Positions 19,497 to 30,576 of a stretch of 64,000 nt of DNA are shown one piece after another (positions within the stretch are counted from its first letter, which is position 1; the number at the start of each line of letters is the position of its first letter). The stretch spans positions 1 through 64,000 of the forward strand of contig JBFRWN010000044.1 of assembly GCA_051439605.1 (NCBI GenBank), written 5' to 3'. This DNA comes from Synechococcus sp. (lineage in GTDB: Bacteria > Cyanobacteriota > Cyanobacteriia > Thermostichales > PCC-7336). Both the position numbers and the translations under genes were made by a program. The notes beneath the pieces were generated by a model that was not told where the DNA came from, made no database searches, and saw only the letters and a program-made list of their open reading frames with translations.

Positions 19497-21278
19497 CTAA
19501 TCAATCTCTTCTAGCGACTTAATTGGCAAGCTTTCTCGATCGCTCGTCTTTCCTTCAGCAGGCAAAGAATTTTCTAGCCAAATAGAACGTTGTGGAAAAG
19601 GTATTTGAATACCTTCGCGATCGAAGGTGATTTTTAAGCGGCGGCGATATTCTCGCCCAACTGACATGTGTTCTGATGGTTTAGTCTTGATCCACACTCT
19701 AATAGTGATACCATCTGCACCAAAATTATCGACACCAAGCACCATAGGTGGCTCCACTATTAGTAACTTCCATGGAAGCTCTAGGCTCATTTGATTAGCA
19801 ACCTCGGCAATAATAGTAATCGCGCGATCGATGTCAGTACCGTAGGCGACATCAATACCGAGATTGACGCGCGACCAGTTACTACTCTTATTCTTAACAA
19901 CGGTGATAAAGCTATTTGGAATAGTAATTAACTCACCATCTGCACTTCGTATCTGAGTTGTTCGTAAATTAAGCTCTTCTACTGCTCCTATGAAGCCTCC
20001 TGCATCAATGACGTCACCTACTCCAAATTGATCTTCAATCAAAATAAATACACCATTGATAATATCTTTAACAAGACTTTGAGCCCCAAAAGATATTCCT
20101 AAACCTAGTATTCCGGCACCTGCCAAAATAGGAGCTATATCAATTCCTAACATTGATAGGACAGTCAATATTGCCAGGAGCAGCAGTGCGGTGGTGATAG
20201 AGCCTTTCAAAACATTTGCAAAAGTCATGAGGCGCTGGTTGCGCCGATCCGAGTTAGAGTCTGTTATAAATCCTCCTCTTCTCAAGGATTTGAGCAAGTT
20301 ATGAATCAATATATGACTTGTTTGAATCAAGAAATAAGTTATAGCAATAGTGATCGATATTTTAATAATTGGGCCTTGAATTTCTCTCGCTAAAAATATT
20401 TGCAAGCTACGAGTTTGAGGGAATAGACCTAAGACGAATAGTATGCTTGTAAACCATAAGCCGATCTGGAATATTTCTAAGATGCGTAGTTGAATCCTGT
20501 AAATAGCACGTTTGTTCCAGTAGCGCGGGCGCAACCTGGAAAATCCATTCCCTTCATAGGATTTAGATGCTTGTTCTCTATTACTTTCTTCCGGTGTAAA
20601 TGCTTTTTGTTGGCTCAATTGAAGCTCCATCAAGCTTTCAATATTTCCGGAAAGGCGAGCTTGACGGCGATTAATTAGATAGCTAATTATGGCAACGACT
20701 CCCAGAGTGATAACAGCACGTATACCCTGCCGAAGTAGATAATCTGGACGATGCTCTCTGTAAGATTGAATTAGAGCATCACGAATGATTGGCACTAATT
20801 CTTGTGCTCTCGTTTCGGCATTAACTCCTCGGATTCGAGCGTCTAAGGTGGTAACAGTCATCAGATAGCTATCGTTGACATAAATCACTGGCAACCGTGC
20901 ATTTTCGTCTATCCTGAATTCCACCATTAAGTCTTCAGGATTAATTCGTGAAAACTCAGGATTGGATAATCGCTCTATAATTACCTTGGCCCGAAGTCTG
21001 GCGGGCGCTGCTGAAGGTGAGGTTCCTTCTTCTGCAAGAATACTTGCTGCACCTATGAAGAATAATACACGCCCATCGAGAGAAACTTCAGCAGTAGAAA
21101 ACTCTGAATCACTAACAATAGCTGACTCCGGAACCGGATTGACTACACTGTCTGGGAGAGGAGATTGTCCTAGCGCTGAAGGGATGAATGCTAGCAAGTT
21201 AACCAGGCATATTGCCAGGAAGAATCCTATACATTGAAACAGGAAAGCTAGCAGTGGATCTTGTGAAAATCGTCTCAT
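19497..21278 (-). CDS. MscS-family mechanosensitive channel
   Basis: LAGAGILGLGISFGAQSLVKD.I.G.FILIEDQFGVGD, G.VEELNLRTT.IR, IPNS, IPFPQR. Confidence 0.92.
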   Translation of the reverse strand: MRRFSQDPLLAFLFQCIGFFLAICLVNLLAFIPSALGQSPLPDSVVNPVPESAIVSDSEFSTAEVSLDGRVLFFIGAASILAEEGTSPSAAPARLRAKVIIERLSNPEFSRINPEDLMVEFRIDENARLPVIYVNDSYLMTVTTLDARIRGVNAETRAQELVPIIRDALIQSYREHRPDYLLRQGIRAVITLGVVAIISYLINRRQARLSGNIESLMELQLSQQKAFTPEESNREQASKSYEGNGFSRLRPRYWNKRAIYRIQLRILEIFQIGLWFTSILFVLGLFPQTRSLQIFLAREIQGPIIKISITIAITYFLIQTSHILIHNLLKSLRRGGFITDSNSDRRNQRLMTFANVLKGSITTALLLLAILTVLSMLGIDIAPILAGAGILGLGISFGAQSLVKDIINGVFILIEDQFGVGDVIDAGGFIGAVEELNLRTTQIRSADGELITIPNSFITVVKNKSSNWSRVNLGIDVAYGTDIDRAITIIAEVANQMSLELPWKLLIVEPPMVLGVDNFGADGITIRVWIKTKPSEHMSVGREYRRRLKITFDREGIQIPFPQRSIWLENSLPAEGKTSDRESLPIKSLEEID

Positions 21279-21513
21279 TAGTAACTGCTTAGTAGAAGTA
21301 TATTTAGGGTTAGCTGTTTAAGTCTTAATCTATTGCTATTACTAGCTTTCAAGGCCATGAGGCAGTGGCCAAGTGCAAGGGAAATTGAAATAATCGCCCA
21401 AAAGCCTTGCACCATCCATCCGCCATGTACCTACGCGTAGCCCCCGGCCAGTTATCTTTTGTAGATTTCTACCTGCAGAATGTGCGTCTTAACCTCGCCA
21501 ACACGCCTTAAAG

Positions 21514-22872
21514 CTAATCTTGGCAGTCCCTTTCCCCAGCCATCGGCAGCAATACGGTAAAGCAACTGCCCTTTCCTTCCTCACTCTCCACCTGAATCTG
21601 CCCCCCAGCCCGATCCACAATCGCCTTAACTATCGCTAATCCCAAGCCAGAACCAGTTGGTTTTTGCCCCAATTGCTGGTCCCCCTTTCGCGTTCTTGAG
21701 GTATCCACGCGATAAAAGCGATTGAACACCTTCGGAATTTCCTCCTGAGGAATGCCCACTCCTGAATCTTTCACCTGAAGCTGCAGCAGCTGTTTGCTGC
21801 CCCGTGAGAGGCGCTCTAGTTTCACCTCAACCTTTTCCTCATCCGGGCTGTATCGAATTGCATTATCGAGCAAATTTCCCATCAATCTCTGCATCTCGTC
21901 TTCTCGACCCAGAACACTGTATGCGCCATCCCTCTCCAACTGAGAATCATCGCCAATCGCAATGTAAATCTCGATCCCTCGCCCCTGAACCTGCAGCTGA
22001 TGCTCTTCCACCACCTCCACTAGCAGAGCATCCATCGCACAGCACTGTAAAGGCAAATTGACCTGATTATCTTGACGAGCTAAAAACAGTAGGTCGTCCA
22101 CCAATCGGCCCAAGCGCTGCGCCAAACGTTCCACCACCAGCCAATTGTGACGATCGCCTACGATCTCCTCGGGGTTAGCCAGGGCCACCTGAACGTTGGT
22201 TTGAATGCTGGCGATGGGGCTGCGGAGTTCGTGGGAGGCATCGGTGGTGAATTGCTTCAATCGTTGATAGGAATCAATCACTGGAGCGATCGCAATACCC
22301 GATAGAAACCAGCCCACAATGCCCACCACCCCAAGGGTCAGAGAAACCCCCACTGCTAAATCCTGAACGAGCTGGCGCGTTGGCTTGCTGACTTCAAACC
22401 ACGGGTGACTGGCCCGCATGTAGCCCACTAATTCTCCGTCGTACTCGATGGGCGTTGTCAACTGACGCAGCTTGTAATCCTCAGAGATAGTAACGGTTTG
22501 CTCTTTCTGTTGGCTTAGCTGAGGCACAGATAAAGATTTGGGAAAAGTCGACCAGAGAGGCTCGCCACTGGGACCGAACCATTCCAAGTCAATCCGGTCG
22601 TCCTCTACGGCCTCGGAGCGCAGTCGAAAACTGGCGTCCAAATTCACCTTTTTAGACTGAGAGACCCGTTGAGAAGATAGGGGAGATCGCTCAATCGTTT
22701 CAAACACGAGCGATCTTTCAATTACCTCCACTACATGATTGAGAGTGTCATCCACCCGCTCAATCAGAGTGGTGCGGACATAGATGTAAAAACAACTGGC
22801 AAACAGCAACAGCAAAACAGCAGTGCAGGCTGCGTACCACAGTGCTAGGCGGCGTCGGGTGGATTGGAACAT
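21514..22872 (-). CDS. Membrane sensor histidine kinase, probably the ManS (Mn-sensing) orthologue
   Basis: MFQSTRRRLALWY..., two TMs, FTTDASHELRSP, NLLDNAIRY, DSGVGI, GSGLGLAI. The ManS assignment is from recall of the N-terminus only. Confidence 0.8.
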   Translation of the reverse strand: MFQSTRRRLALWYAACTAVLLLLFASCFYIYVRTTLIERVDDTLNHVVEVIERSLVFETIERSPLSSQRVSQSKKVNLDASFRLRSEAVEDDRIDLEWFGPSGEPLWSTFPKSLSVPQLSQQKEQTVTISEDYKLRQLTTPIEYDGELVGYMRASHPWFEVSKPTRQLVQDLAVGVSLTLGVVGIVGWFLSGIAIAPVIDSYQRLKQFTTDASHELRSPIASIQTNVQVALANPEEIVGDRHNWLVVERLAQRLGRLVDDLLFLARQDNQVNLPLQCCAMDALLVEVVEEHQLQVQGRGIEIYIAIGDDSQLERDGAYSVLGREDEMQRLMGNLLDNAIRYSPDEEKVEVKLERLSRGSKQLLQLQVKDSGVGIPQEEIPKVFNRFYRVDTSRTRKGDQQLGQKPTGSGLGLAIVKAIVDRAGGQIQVESEEGKGSCFTVLLPMAGERDCQD

Positions 22873-22962
22873 TGCTATAGGTTGGTGCTCTTTGGTGCGT
22901 AATGAAGCTAAATGGAAAGAGAACTGACTGACTTGGCTCATCGCCTGAAGGATCCTGACAAA

Positions 22963-23673
22963 TTAGGCTCCAAATCGATAGCCTTTGCCGTATACAGCAT
23001 GAATCAAAGGCCGAGCGCGTTTGAAGTTGCCATCGATCTTTTTACGCAGAAGCTTCACCTGCGCCGATAAAACATTGCTGCTGGGTTGATTGCCCTCCGG
23101 CCACAGATGCTGCGAAATGGCCTCGCGACTGAGTAGTTGACCCGCGTGGGTCATAAATAAAAACAGCAGTTTTAATTCTTTTTCAGAAAGCGAGATGACC
23201 TTTCCTTGCCGAAAGGCCACCTGATTCTCTCGATCGAGTTCTAAGTCATCCACCCGCAGTCTTTGGGCAATAGTCTGGGTGCTGCTAGTCCCTTGAGATC
23301 TTCGTAACTGGGCACGCACCCGCGCCAATAATTCCCGCAGTTCAAAAGGCTTTACCAAATAGTCATCGGCCCCTGCATCTAAACCCTGAACTCGGTCATC
23401 CAGAGTATCTTTGGCCGTCAAAAATAAAATAGGCGTTGTCCCACCCGCAGCACGAATGGTTTGGCATAGTTCTAATCCAGAGCGCTGGGGCAACATCCAA
23501 TCAAAAATCAGCAAATCGTACGAAAGTGCTGCCATGTTAGGGCCTTGGTTTCGCAGGATCTGCAATGCACTTTCGCCATCGTAGGCTACATCCACCTCAT
23601 ACCCTTCGCGTGTAAAAAGTTGAGCTAGGGAGTCAGTCAATTCCACTTCATCGTCCACCAGAAGAATCCGCAT
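22963..23673 (-). CDS. OmpR-family response regulator, probably ManR, cognate to the downstream kinase
   Basis: MRILLVDDE, DWMLP, FLTAKD, GADDYLVKPF, and a winged-helix end LRKKID...VYGKGYRF. Confidence 0.88.
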   Translation of the reverse strand: MRILLVDDEVELTDSLAQLFTREGYEVDVAYDGESALQILRNQGPNMAALSYDLLIFDWMLPQRSGLELCQTIRAAGGTTPILFLTAKDTLDDRVQGLDAGADDYLVKPFELRELLARVRAQLRRSQGTSSTQTIAQRLRVDDLELDRENQVAFRQGKVISLSEKELKLLFLFMTHAGQLLSREAISQHLWPEGNQPSSNVLSAQVKLLRKKIDGNFKRARPLIHAVYGKGYRFGA

Positions 23674-23864
23674 GGGTACCTCTCCTGCAGGTCACCTTTA
23701 GCCTACGGCAACTTCCCCCATCCATTACTGTGGCTAATTAATGATGGGAGTGCAAGGCCCTAACATGTTTTACAGCGGTGGTTGGTTCAAGTCAGACATT
23801 CAACTAGGCTCATTATGGAATTATGGTTGGGGCAAACGCTTAAAAAATCCCGGTCATACTTGAC

Positions 23865-23891
23865 AAAAAAGACCCCAAATACTTTGAGGTC
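23865..23891 (-). terminator. Intrinsic terminator after sigF
   Basis: Minus strand reads GACCTCAAA-GTA-TTTGGGGTC-TTTTTT. Confidence 0.6.
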
Positions 23892-23945
23892 CCATAAAAA
23901 AGAATGGTTTAGAGACTAGAAGCTAAACCTGTAATTAGCACCTGC

Positions 23946-24806
23946 TTAGCAATCGCTATCTGGATTCAGAAGTTGACTTAATTGTTGCAAACCTTTTTTC
24001 ACCTGACGGGAAACGGTAACAGCGCTGATATCTAAGCGAGCAGCCGTTTCTTTTTGCGTTAGATCCTGAAGGAAAACGAATTCCAGAATCTTCCGAGTAC
24101 GGTCTTCCAACTGAGACATCGCTTGACGCAGTCGAATTTGATCCTCCTGAGCCAGTTGGAAACTCTGGTAGCGGGCATCCGGCACCAGATCCCCCAAAGA
24201 ACTTCCTTCGTTGTCAGCTTGGCGAACTGGAGCATCTAAACTGAGCGTGGATTGATTCTGCTTAGCCACTTTGAACTGCTGCCACTCTTCAGGGGTCAGT
24301 TCCATTGCTTGCCGAACTTCATCATCACTGGGGGTGCGTCCTAAGTCTTGTCGCAACTGAGCCACAACTTTCTTACTGCGATGTAACAGGGCAGACCATT
24401 TGCGTGGAATCCTGACCGTTGGACTCTTATCGCGAAGATAATGCTGAATTTCACCGCGAATGTAGGGCATCGCAAATGAACTGAAGGCCAAACCTCGAGA
24501 CAAATCGAACCGCTCAATGGCTTGAATCAGCCCGACACAACCAATCTGCATCAAATCGTCATAATTTTCCTGACATTGATGTTTCCAGTGATGAGCTTCT
24601 TTGCGAACCAGTCCCAGGTTCATTTCAACTAAACGATTCCGTATAGAAGCAGAGCGATTCTTGTTGTACTTCTGTAACAGCTCAATCGTTTTTGCTTTTA
24701 GATCGGTATCCAGCGAACTTGTGCGGCTACGAACGGGATTGCGATTTGCAATCCCTCTTACTTTTCCAGGGGCACCGACAACGGCACGGGCAGCATTAGC
24801 AACCAT
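23946..24806 (-). CDS. sigF: Group 3 sigma factor SigF
   Basis: RNRLVEMNLGLVRKEAHHW..QC.E.YDDL.Q.G, FSSFAMPYIRGEIQHYLRDK..TVRIPR, FQLAQEDQIRL, TVSRQVKKG. Confidence 0.92.
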   Translation of the reverse strand: MVANAARAVVGAPGKVRGIANRNPVRSRTSSLDTDLKAKTIELLQKYNKNRSASIRNRLVEMNLGLVRKEAHHWKHQCQENYDDLMQIGCVGLIQAIERFDLSRGLAFSSFAMPYIRGEIQHYLRDKSPTVRIPRKWSALLHRSKKVVAQLRQDLGRTPSDDEVRQAMELTPEEWQQFKVAKQNQSTLSLDAPVRQADNEGSSLGDLVPDARYQSFQLAQEDQIRLRQAMSQLEDRTRKILEFVFLQDLTQKETAARLDISAVTVSRQVKKGLQQLSQLLNPDSDC

Positions 24807-25487
24807 TGAGATTCAGAACCTGACGCTAAACAGCAATGAAAGAATTACGAGCCATGTGTACGTTGATGACACAATACTCGTGGCAGTTCATCAACAGAAT
24901 AGAAACCGGATTTGTTTAGGCCGCGACCGTAACAATCCTGAAATTTCTTCACCTTTGAGAGCCATTTTGCCAAATCCATCTCCTCAAGGAACGCAAGATC
25001 GCATTCGTTAGAGGGGTCCGAAAATGCTCCCCTATTGGCTCCCAATAGCCAACCTCGTGTTCATTTCTGAAGCAACTAAGGGCAGGCTAAATAAACTAGT
25101 GGTGCAAACCTCAGCAATTCATCAGCGAATGCTAAGCGAATAAAATAAATATATAGACGGGTGTTCAAAGTTCATATACGTAGATTCACGCAGGCGGAGA
25201 TGCCTCGCAGGGGGTGTTGCGTAGATGCCTCTACAATGCACGCTGACAAGCCGGTTGTGCATTTTCCTAAAAAGATTGGCAGAGAAGAGAAAACCCCACC
25301 TACAGGAACTGCCATAATGAATGTAGTTTATGCTTTTGGCGGCAGGGTCCGATTAAGAGGCGAAACCCTGGAGCAAAAACCGAGGCGATAATCATCTCGT
25401 CGGGTTAAGGTAGCAGCGAACAAGTTGAAATAATATCTACAGTTTTGACCTCAAGAACTTCGGCTTGACCAGGCGCCTACATTCGTT

Positions 25488-26237
25488 TCACTGGCAGCTC
25501 GACACTTTTCCCAAGTTTTGTCGCATGATTTCTGGGGGCTCGTCTGCGACAATCGAGCCTCTAGCCAGCAGGACCGCCCGGTCGGCCCAGTTGAGCTCTT
25601 CTAGACGATGGGTTATCCACAAAGCTGTAATCCCTGTTTCATCAACTAACCTCCGAATCTGTTCCACAAGCTCAATTTGGCTGTCAGGATCCAACAAAGC
25701 AGTTGGCTCATCGAGCAAAATCAGGCGGCTTTGGCGAGCCAATGCTCCTGCAATCGCTACTCGATGTTTTTGTCCACCGCTCAGGGCGTAGATAGGCCTG
25801 CGCAACAAATCGAGCAATCCTACCTTACTGAGAGCATCCTCAACTCTGAGTCGGACCTCTGACTGCGTTAGATTTTCGGCTGCCAAGCTAAATGCAACAT
25901 CTGCCCCAACCGTTGGCATTACCAATTGACGATCTGGATTTTGAAAAACAAAGCCCACAGGTCTATCGAGCTGAACCCGAGCCTTTTTCGGACAATCCAA
26001 CAATCCGCTCATGAGTTTTAAAAGGGTAGACTTCCCACTCCCATTGGCTCCCAACAACATCCAGAACTGACCTCTCGGAACTTGTAGGCGGCAGTCTTGC
26101 AATACAGGGGAACGATCCGGCCAAGCATAGGTAAGGCTGTCAACATCAATGGCAAACTCAGTGTCGCTGTGGGGCAATGTTTCATCCAGATTAAGTGCAA
26201 AGCAACGTTGAAGATCTGCTTTGGACAGCACCCCCAA
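25488..26237 (-). CDS. ECF/CbiO-type ABC transporter ATP-binding protein
   Basis: GANGSGKST, VFQNPD.QL, LSGGQK.RVAIAGALA, LLDEPTALLDP, ITH. Exact start uncertain. Confidence 0.9.
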   Translation of the reverse strand: MGVLSKADLQRCFALNLDETLPHSDTEFAIDVDSLTYAWPDRSPVLQDCRLQVPRGQFWMLLGANGSGKSTLLKLMSGLLDCPKKARVQLDRPVGFVFQNPDRQLVMPTVGADVAFSLAAENLTQSEVRLRVEDALSKVGLLDLLRRPIYALSGGQKHRVAIAGALARQSRLILLDEPTALLDPDSQIELVEQIRRLVDETGITALWITHRLEELNWADRAVLLARGSIVADEPPEIMRQNLGKVSSCQ

Positions 26238-26297
26238 ACAGAAGAATCCTATCGAGTAGTCAGATGACCCGCACTGAAACAGTTATTCGCTAGACAA

Positions 26298-26570
26298 TTA
26301 TTCACTGTCTAGCTGGGCGAAGAAGCCTGGCCGACTCCCCTGACCGGTGGTGGAAGATTGTTTGGGGACAATTTGTACGGCAGCAATCTCTTGCACGAGG
26401 ACAGTAGCCTTTTTGTCTGTGCGATCGCAGTTCAGTGCCAGTAAACTGGGCTCTCCTTTGGCTATGGCATCCACCACCTGAGCATAAATCTTCTCTGCAT
26501 TAGCCTCTTCCTTGAGCTGAACGGCAATTGGTGCCGCACTACCTTTCATGGTGACTTCAATTGTGTACAT
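26298..26570 (-). CDS. Conserved cyanobacterial hypothetical protein
   Basis: MYTIEVTMK...PIAVQ.KE...A..IY..V, L.CD, AAVQI, RPGFF; co-oriented just upstream of the ATPase. Confidence 0.75.
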   Translation of the reverse strand: MYTIEVTMKGSAAPIAVQLKEEANAEKIYAQVVDAIAKGEPSLLALNCDRTDKKATVLVQEIAAVQIVPKQSSTTGQGSRPGFFAQLDSE

Positions 26571-27023
26571 AAATCGCGAATGTGATGGCATTACCATCTT
26601 CAGTATTACAGGGATACATCTTTAGAAGCTGCGGAAATTCAATTTGCCGAGGGGATTGTGTCCGATTAGGGACCAGAGAATGAATGCCAGACTTGAAGGT
26701 CGCTATCGTTATATACCGCGCTTGTAATTGCTCAGAGTGTGCTTCGGCCATCTGTTTCCACAAGTGCAGTTTGGCTTCACCTATGGGGTTATCGAACCTC
26801 CATCCAAAAGGCCTTGGAGAAAAAACGAAGATTTTCTGTTTGGGCGAGCTAATCGTGTTATGCTACGTTTCGCTTGATAAACACGGGCTAAGATTGCATC
26901 GTTTTCAAGTAAATACTCGAAAGGGAAGTTAGCCCTAGCGTCGCGTTGGCTACGCTCCTATCCCTTTTTCCATAAGGTCAATCAGAAAAGAACGCAAGTA
27001 TTTTCTCATTGGCTTACCTTGAT

Positions 27024-27097
27024 GCGCCTGTAGCTCAGTGGACTAGAGCACCTGGCTACGGACCAGGGTGTCGGAGGTTCGAATCCTTCCAGGCGCG
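27024..27097 (+). tRNA. trnR: tRNA-Arg(ACG)
   Basis: GCGCCTG/CAGGCGC acceptor stem, D arm AGCTCAGTGGACTAGAGC, anticodon arm CCTGG-CTACGGA-CCAGG, GTTCGAATC T loop; CCA not encoded. Confidence 0.97.
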
Positions 27098-27207
27098 TTT
27101 ATTATCCTCAGCCGTAGGGGTGAGGAGTCTATCTGTTCCAGTTTGGGACTGAAAGCTATGTTACGATCACCTTTACCAGAGCCGCATGCAGGTAAGGGGA
27201 ACGCTCA

Positions 27208-29697
27208 ATGTTCGAACGCTTTACAGAGAAAGCCATTAAGGTCATCATGCTGGCCCAAGAGGAGGCTCGGCGGCTTGGCCACAACTTCGTTGGAACAGAA
27301 CAAATTCTGTTAGGACTGATTGGTGAAGGGACCGGAGTTGCGGCCAAAGTTCTCAAATCGATGGGGGTTAATCTTAAGGATGCTCGCATCGAAGTTGAAA
27401 AAATCATTGGCCGAGGTTCCGGCTTCGTCGCTGTAGAAATTCCATTCACCCCGCGAGCCAAGCGGGTACTCGAGCTCTCCCTTGAGGAGGCTCGACAGCT
27501 CGGTCACAACTACATCGGCACCGAGCACTTATTGTTAGGACTCATTCGAGAGGGCGAAGGGGTTGCAGCTCGAGTTTTAGAAAATTTGGGAGTCGATCTC
27601 TCCAAGGTTCGTACCCAAGTGATCCGAATGCTGGGTGAGACCGCCGAAGTCTCCACTTCGGGCTCCCCCGGTCGAAACAAAACCCCAACGCTAGATGAAT
27701 TCGGCACGAATCTGACGCAGCTTGCAAGCGATAGCAAGCTCGATCCAGTCGTGGGTCGTCAAAAAGAGATTGAGCGTGTAATTCAAATCTTGGGACGTCG
27801 TACAAAAAACAATCCTGTCTTGATTGGTGAACCCGGAGTTGGTAAGACAGCGATCGCGGAAGGACTTGCTCAACGGGTTATACAGGGCGATATCCCTGAC
27901 ATCTTGGGTGAGAAGCGAGTTGTTACCCTCGATATTGGCTTGTTGGTAGCTGGTACCAAGTATCGTGGTGAGTTTGAAGAACGTCTTAAGAAAATCATGG
28001 ATGAGATCCGCTCCGCTGGAAATATCATTCTGGTCATCGATGAGGTTCATACTTTAATCGGAGCAGGAGCCGCTGAAGGGGCTATCGATGCTGCCAATAT
28101 CCTGAAGCCTGCTTTAGCGAGGGGGGAACTGCAGTGCATTGGTGCAACGACACTGGACGAGTACCGCAAGCACATCGAGCGAGATGCTGCTCTAGAGCGT
28201 CGTTTCCAGCCAGTGATGGTGGGCGAACCTTCCATATCCGAAACTATCGAGATTTTGTTTGGTTTGCGGGAGCGTTACGAGGAGCACCACAAGCTGAAGA
28301 TTGCAGACAATGCTCTTGATGCAGCAGCTAAGCTATCCGATCGCTACATCTCCGATCGCTTCCTACCAGATAAGGCGATCGACCTGATTGACGAGGCTTC
28401 TTCTCGTGTCCGCCTCATTAATTCCCAACTGCCTCCGGCGGCGAAGGAACTGGACGAAGAGTTGCGCAAGCTGCTCAAGGACAAGGACGATGCAGTCCGG
28501 TCTCAAGACTTTGACCGTGCAGGTGAACTGCGCGATCGCGAGATGGAAATCAAGCAGGAAATTCGGGAGATCGCTGCTGCTAAACGTGCCGAAATGGTCG
28601 AGAAAGAGGAGACTCCTGTTGTTGACGAAGAGGACATCGCTCATGTAGTCAGCTCCTGGACAGGGGTTCCAGTTTCCAAGCTCACTGAGACTGAATCAAA
28701 GCGGTTGCTGGAGATGGAGGGAACGCTCCACACCCGCATCATTGGCCAAGATGAAGCGGTGCGAGCAATTTCCCGCGCCATCCGTCGAGCACGTGTTGGG
28801 CTAAAAGACCCCAACCGGCCCATTGCCAGCTTTATCTTTTCTGGTCCCACAGGGGTTGGTAAGACAGAGCTAACAAAGGCTTTGGCCACCTACTTTTTTG
28901 GCTCTGAAGACGCCATGATTCGCTTGGACATGTCTGAATATATGGAGCGACACACCGCTTCTAAGCTGATTGGTTCTCCTCCCGGCTACGTTGGTTATAA
29001 CGAGGGGGGTCAGTTGACCGAAGCCGTTCGTCGTCGACCCTATACAGTGGTGCTGTTCGATGAAATCGAAAAAGCCCATCCCGACGTGTTCAATATGCTC
29101 CTGCAAATTTTGGAAGACGGTCGTTTGACCGATGCCAAAGGACGCACAGTCGACTTCAAGAACACTCTGTTGGTAATGACCTCCAACATTGGTTCCAAGG
29201 TGATTGAAAAGGGCGGAGGTTCTCTGGGCTTTGAATTCAGTACCAATGAAGAAGACGCCAACTACAATCGGATTCGCTCGTTGGTCAATGAAGAACTAAA
29301 GCAGTACTTCCGCCCAGAGTTCCTCAATCGACTGGACGAGATCATTGTGTTCCGTCAGCTTAATAAGGAGGAAGTCAAGGAAATCGCCGACATCTTACTC
29401 AAGGAAGTCTTCGACCGCATGAAGGAAAAAGAAATTAACCTTGCAGTAACCGAGCGATTCAAGGACCTCATTGTTAAGGAGGGGTATAACCCTGCTTATG
29501 GAGCTCGCCCGTTACGTCGTTCTATTCAACGTTTGATGGAAGATATCTTGGCAGAAAAGATTCTTTCGGGCACTGTCAAAGAAGGTTCGACTGCCACCCT
29601 AGATCTGGATGATAACGATAAAACTATCGTTCTGGTTGATGACGAAACCAGCGATGGTGAAGACCGTGTGTTGGTGTCTCAAGGAGCCGAAGGGTAA
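27208..29697 (+). CDS. clpC: ATP-dependent Clp protease ATPase subunit ClpC
   Basis: [32 protein letters not shown]; two AAA+ domains ([16 protein letters not shown]); GSLGF ClpP-binding loop. Confidence 0.98.
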   Translation: MFERFTEKAIKVIMLAQEEARRLGHNFVGTEQILLGLIGEGTGVAAKVLKSMGVNLKDARIEVEKIIGRGSGFVAVEIPFTPRAKRVLELSLEEARQLGHNYIGTEHLLLGLIREGEGVAARVLENLGVDLSKVRTQVIRMLGETAEVSTSGSPGRNKTPTLDEFGTNLTQLASDSKLDPVVGRQKEIERVIQILGRRTKNNPVLIGEPGVGKTAIAEGLAQRVIQGDIPDILGEKRVVTLDIGLLVAGTKYRGEFEERLKKIMDEIRSAGNIILVIDEVHTLIGAGAAEGAIDAANILKPALARGELQCIGATTLDEYRKHIERDAALERRFQPVMVGEPSISETIEILFGLRERYEEHHKLKIADNALDAAAKLSDRYISDRFLPDKAIDLIDEASSRVRLINSQLPPAAKELDEELRKLLKDKDDAVRSQDFDRAGELRDREMEIKQEIREIAAAKRAEMVEKEETPVVDEEDIAHVVSSWTGVPVSKLTETESKRLLEMEGTLHTRIIGQDEAVRAISRAIRRARVGLKDPNRPIASFIFSGPTGVGKTELTKALATYFFGSEDAMIRLDMSEYMERHTASKLIGSPPGYVGYNEGGQLTEAVRRRPYTVVLFDEIEKAHPDVFNMLLQILEDGRLTDAKGRTVDFKNTLLVMTSNIGSKVIEKGGGSLGFEFSTNEEDANYNRIRSLVNEELKQYFRPEFLNRLDEIIVFRQLNKEEVKEIADILLKEVFDRMKEKEINLAVTERFKDLIVKEGYNPAYGARPLRRSIQRLMEDILAEKILSGTVKEGSTATLDLDDNDKTIVLVDDETSDGEDRVLVSQGAEG

Positions 29698-29822
29698 GAG
29701 ACTTCCGGGAGGAAAATACTGCGCGTATTTTCCTCCGATTTCCATTCAGTGAAAACGATTGCAAATTGGCCTGCGCCTGCAGGCACTTTCCTATTGAATT
29801 GAAGATGAGCTGATTACATCGT

Positions 29823-30482
29823 ATGAACGTGCCTCCCTCCTTACAAGCTATGCAAGCGGCGTATTTTTCTGGCAGCGCCCCGGTCCGTACTCCACCCCCC
29901 GACCTGCCGTCTTTGCTACTCAACGAGCGGATTGTCTACCTGGGTTTGCCCTTGGTGCAACAAGCCGATATCTCTATCAACGTTCCGAAACTCATCATTG
30001 CCCAGCTGCTTTACCTGCAATATGAGGATCGCTCTAAGCCAATTTACATGTACATCAGTTCGACAGGAACCTACGGATACGACACAGCAGCATTTGCTAT
30101 TGCGGATACGATGAATTACATTGCGCCTCCGGTGCACACCATTTGTATCGGTAAAGCTTACGGAATGGCAGCCATGCTTTTGGCTGCTGGAACAAAAGGC
30201 TTACGTGCCTCGTTGCCTAACGCAAGCATCATGATTCACCAGCCCTTCGGGGGCACCCGCGGTCAAGCGACTGATATCGAGATCAAGACGCAAGAGCTTG
30301 TCGAAATCAAGCACATGATGGTGAATCAGTTAGCAAAGAGTACGGGGCAAGAAAAGGAGCGTATCAATAAAGATATTGAGCGTTTCTTTTACATGACTCC
30401 AGAAGAAGCAAAGGATTACGGCTTGATTGATACCGTTTTGGAAAGCTCAAAAGAGCTTTCAATACCCATTGCAGCACTTTGA
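29823..30482 (+). CDS. clpR: Non-catalytic Clp protease subunit ClpR
   Basis: RTPPPDLPSLLL.ERIVYLG; catalytic Ser replaced (CIGKAYGMAA instead of CVGLAASMG); lies upstream of clpP. Confidence 0.9.
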   Translation: MNVPPSLQAMQAAYFSGSAPVRTPPPDLPSLLLNERIVYLGLPLVQQADISINVPKLIIAQLLYLQYEDRSKPIYMYISSTGTYGYDTAAFAIADTMNYIAPPVHTICIGKAYGMAAMLLAAGTKGLRASLPNASIMIHQPFGGTRGQATDIEIKTQELVEIKHMMVNQLAKSTGQEKERINKDIERFFYMTPEEAKDYGLIDTVLESSKELSIPIAAL

Positions 30483-30576
30483 TTATGACTGTGTTGCATC
30501 AGTAGGAAGTCATCTTAATTTCAATCCTTCCGAAACCATTCTTTCCATGACTCAATTGAATTCAAGGTACTGAATC

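Noticed and set aside
25330..25420. GGCGAAACC-containing segment loosely resembling a c-di-GMP riboswitch
   Set aside because: The P1/P2 stems and tetraloop-receptor pattern could not be built, and no co-oriented gene follows.
27024..27207. tRNA-Arg as an integration site
   Set aside because: No integrase and no duplicated tRNA 3' end in the window; clpC follows directly. The same applies to tRNA-Leu.
29823..30482. ClpP paralogue lacking the catalytic Ser
   Set aside because: This is the known non-catalytic ClpR, not a novelty.
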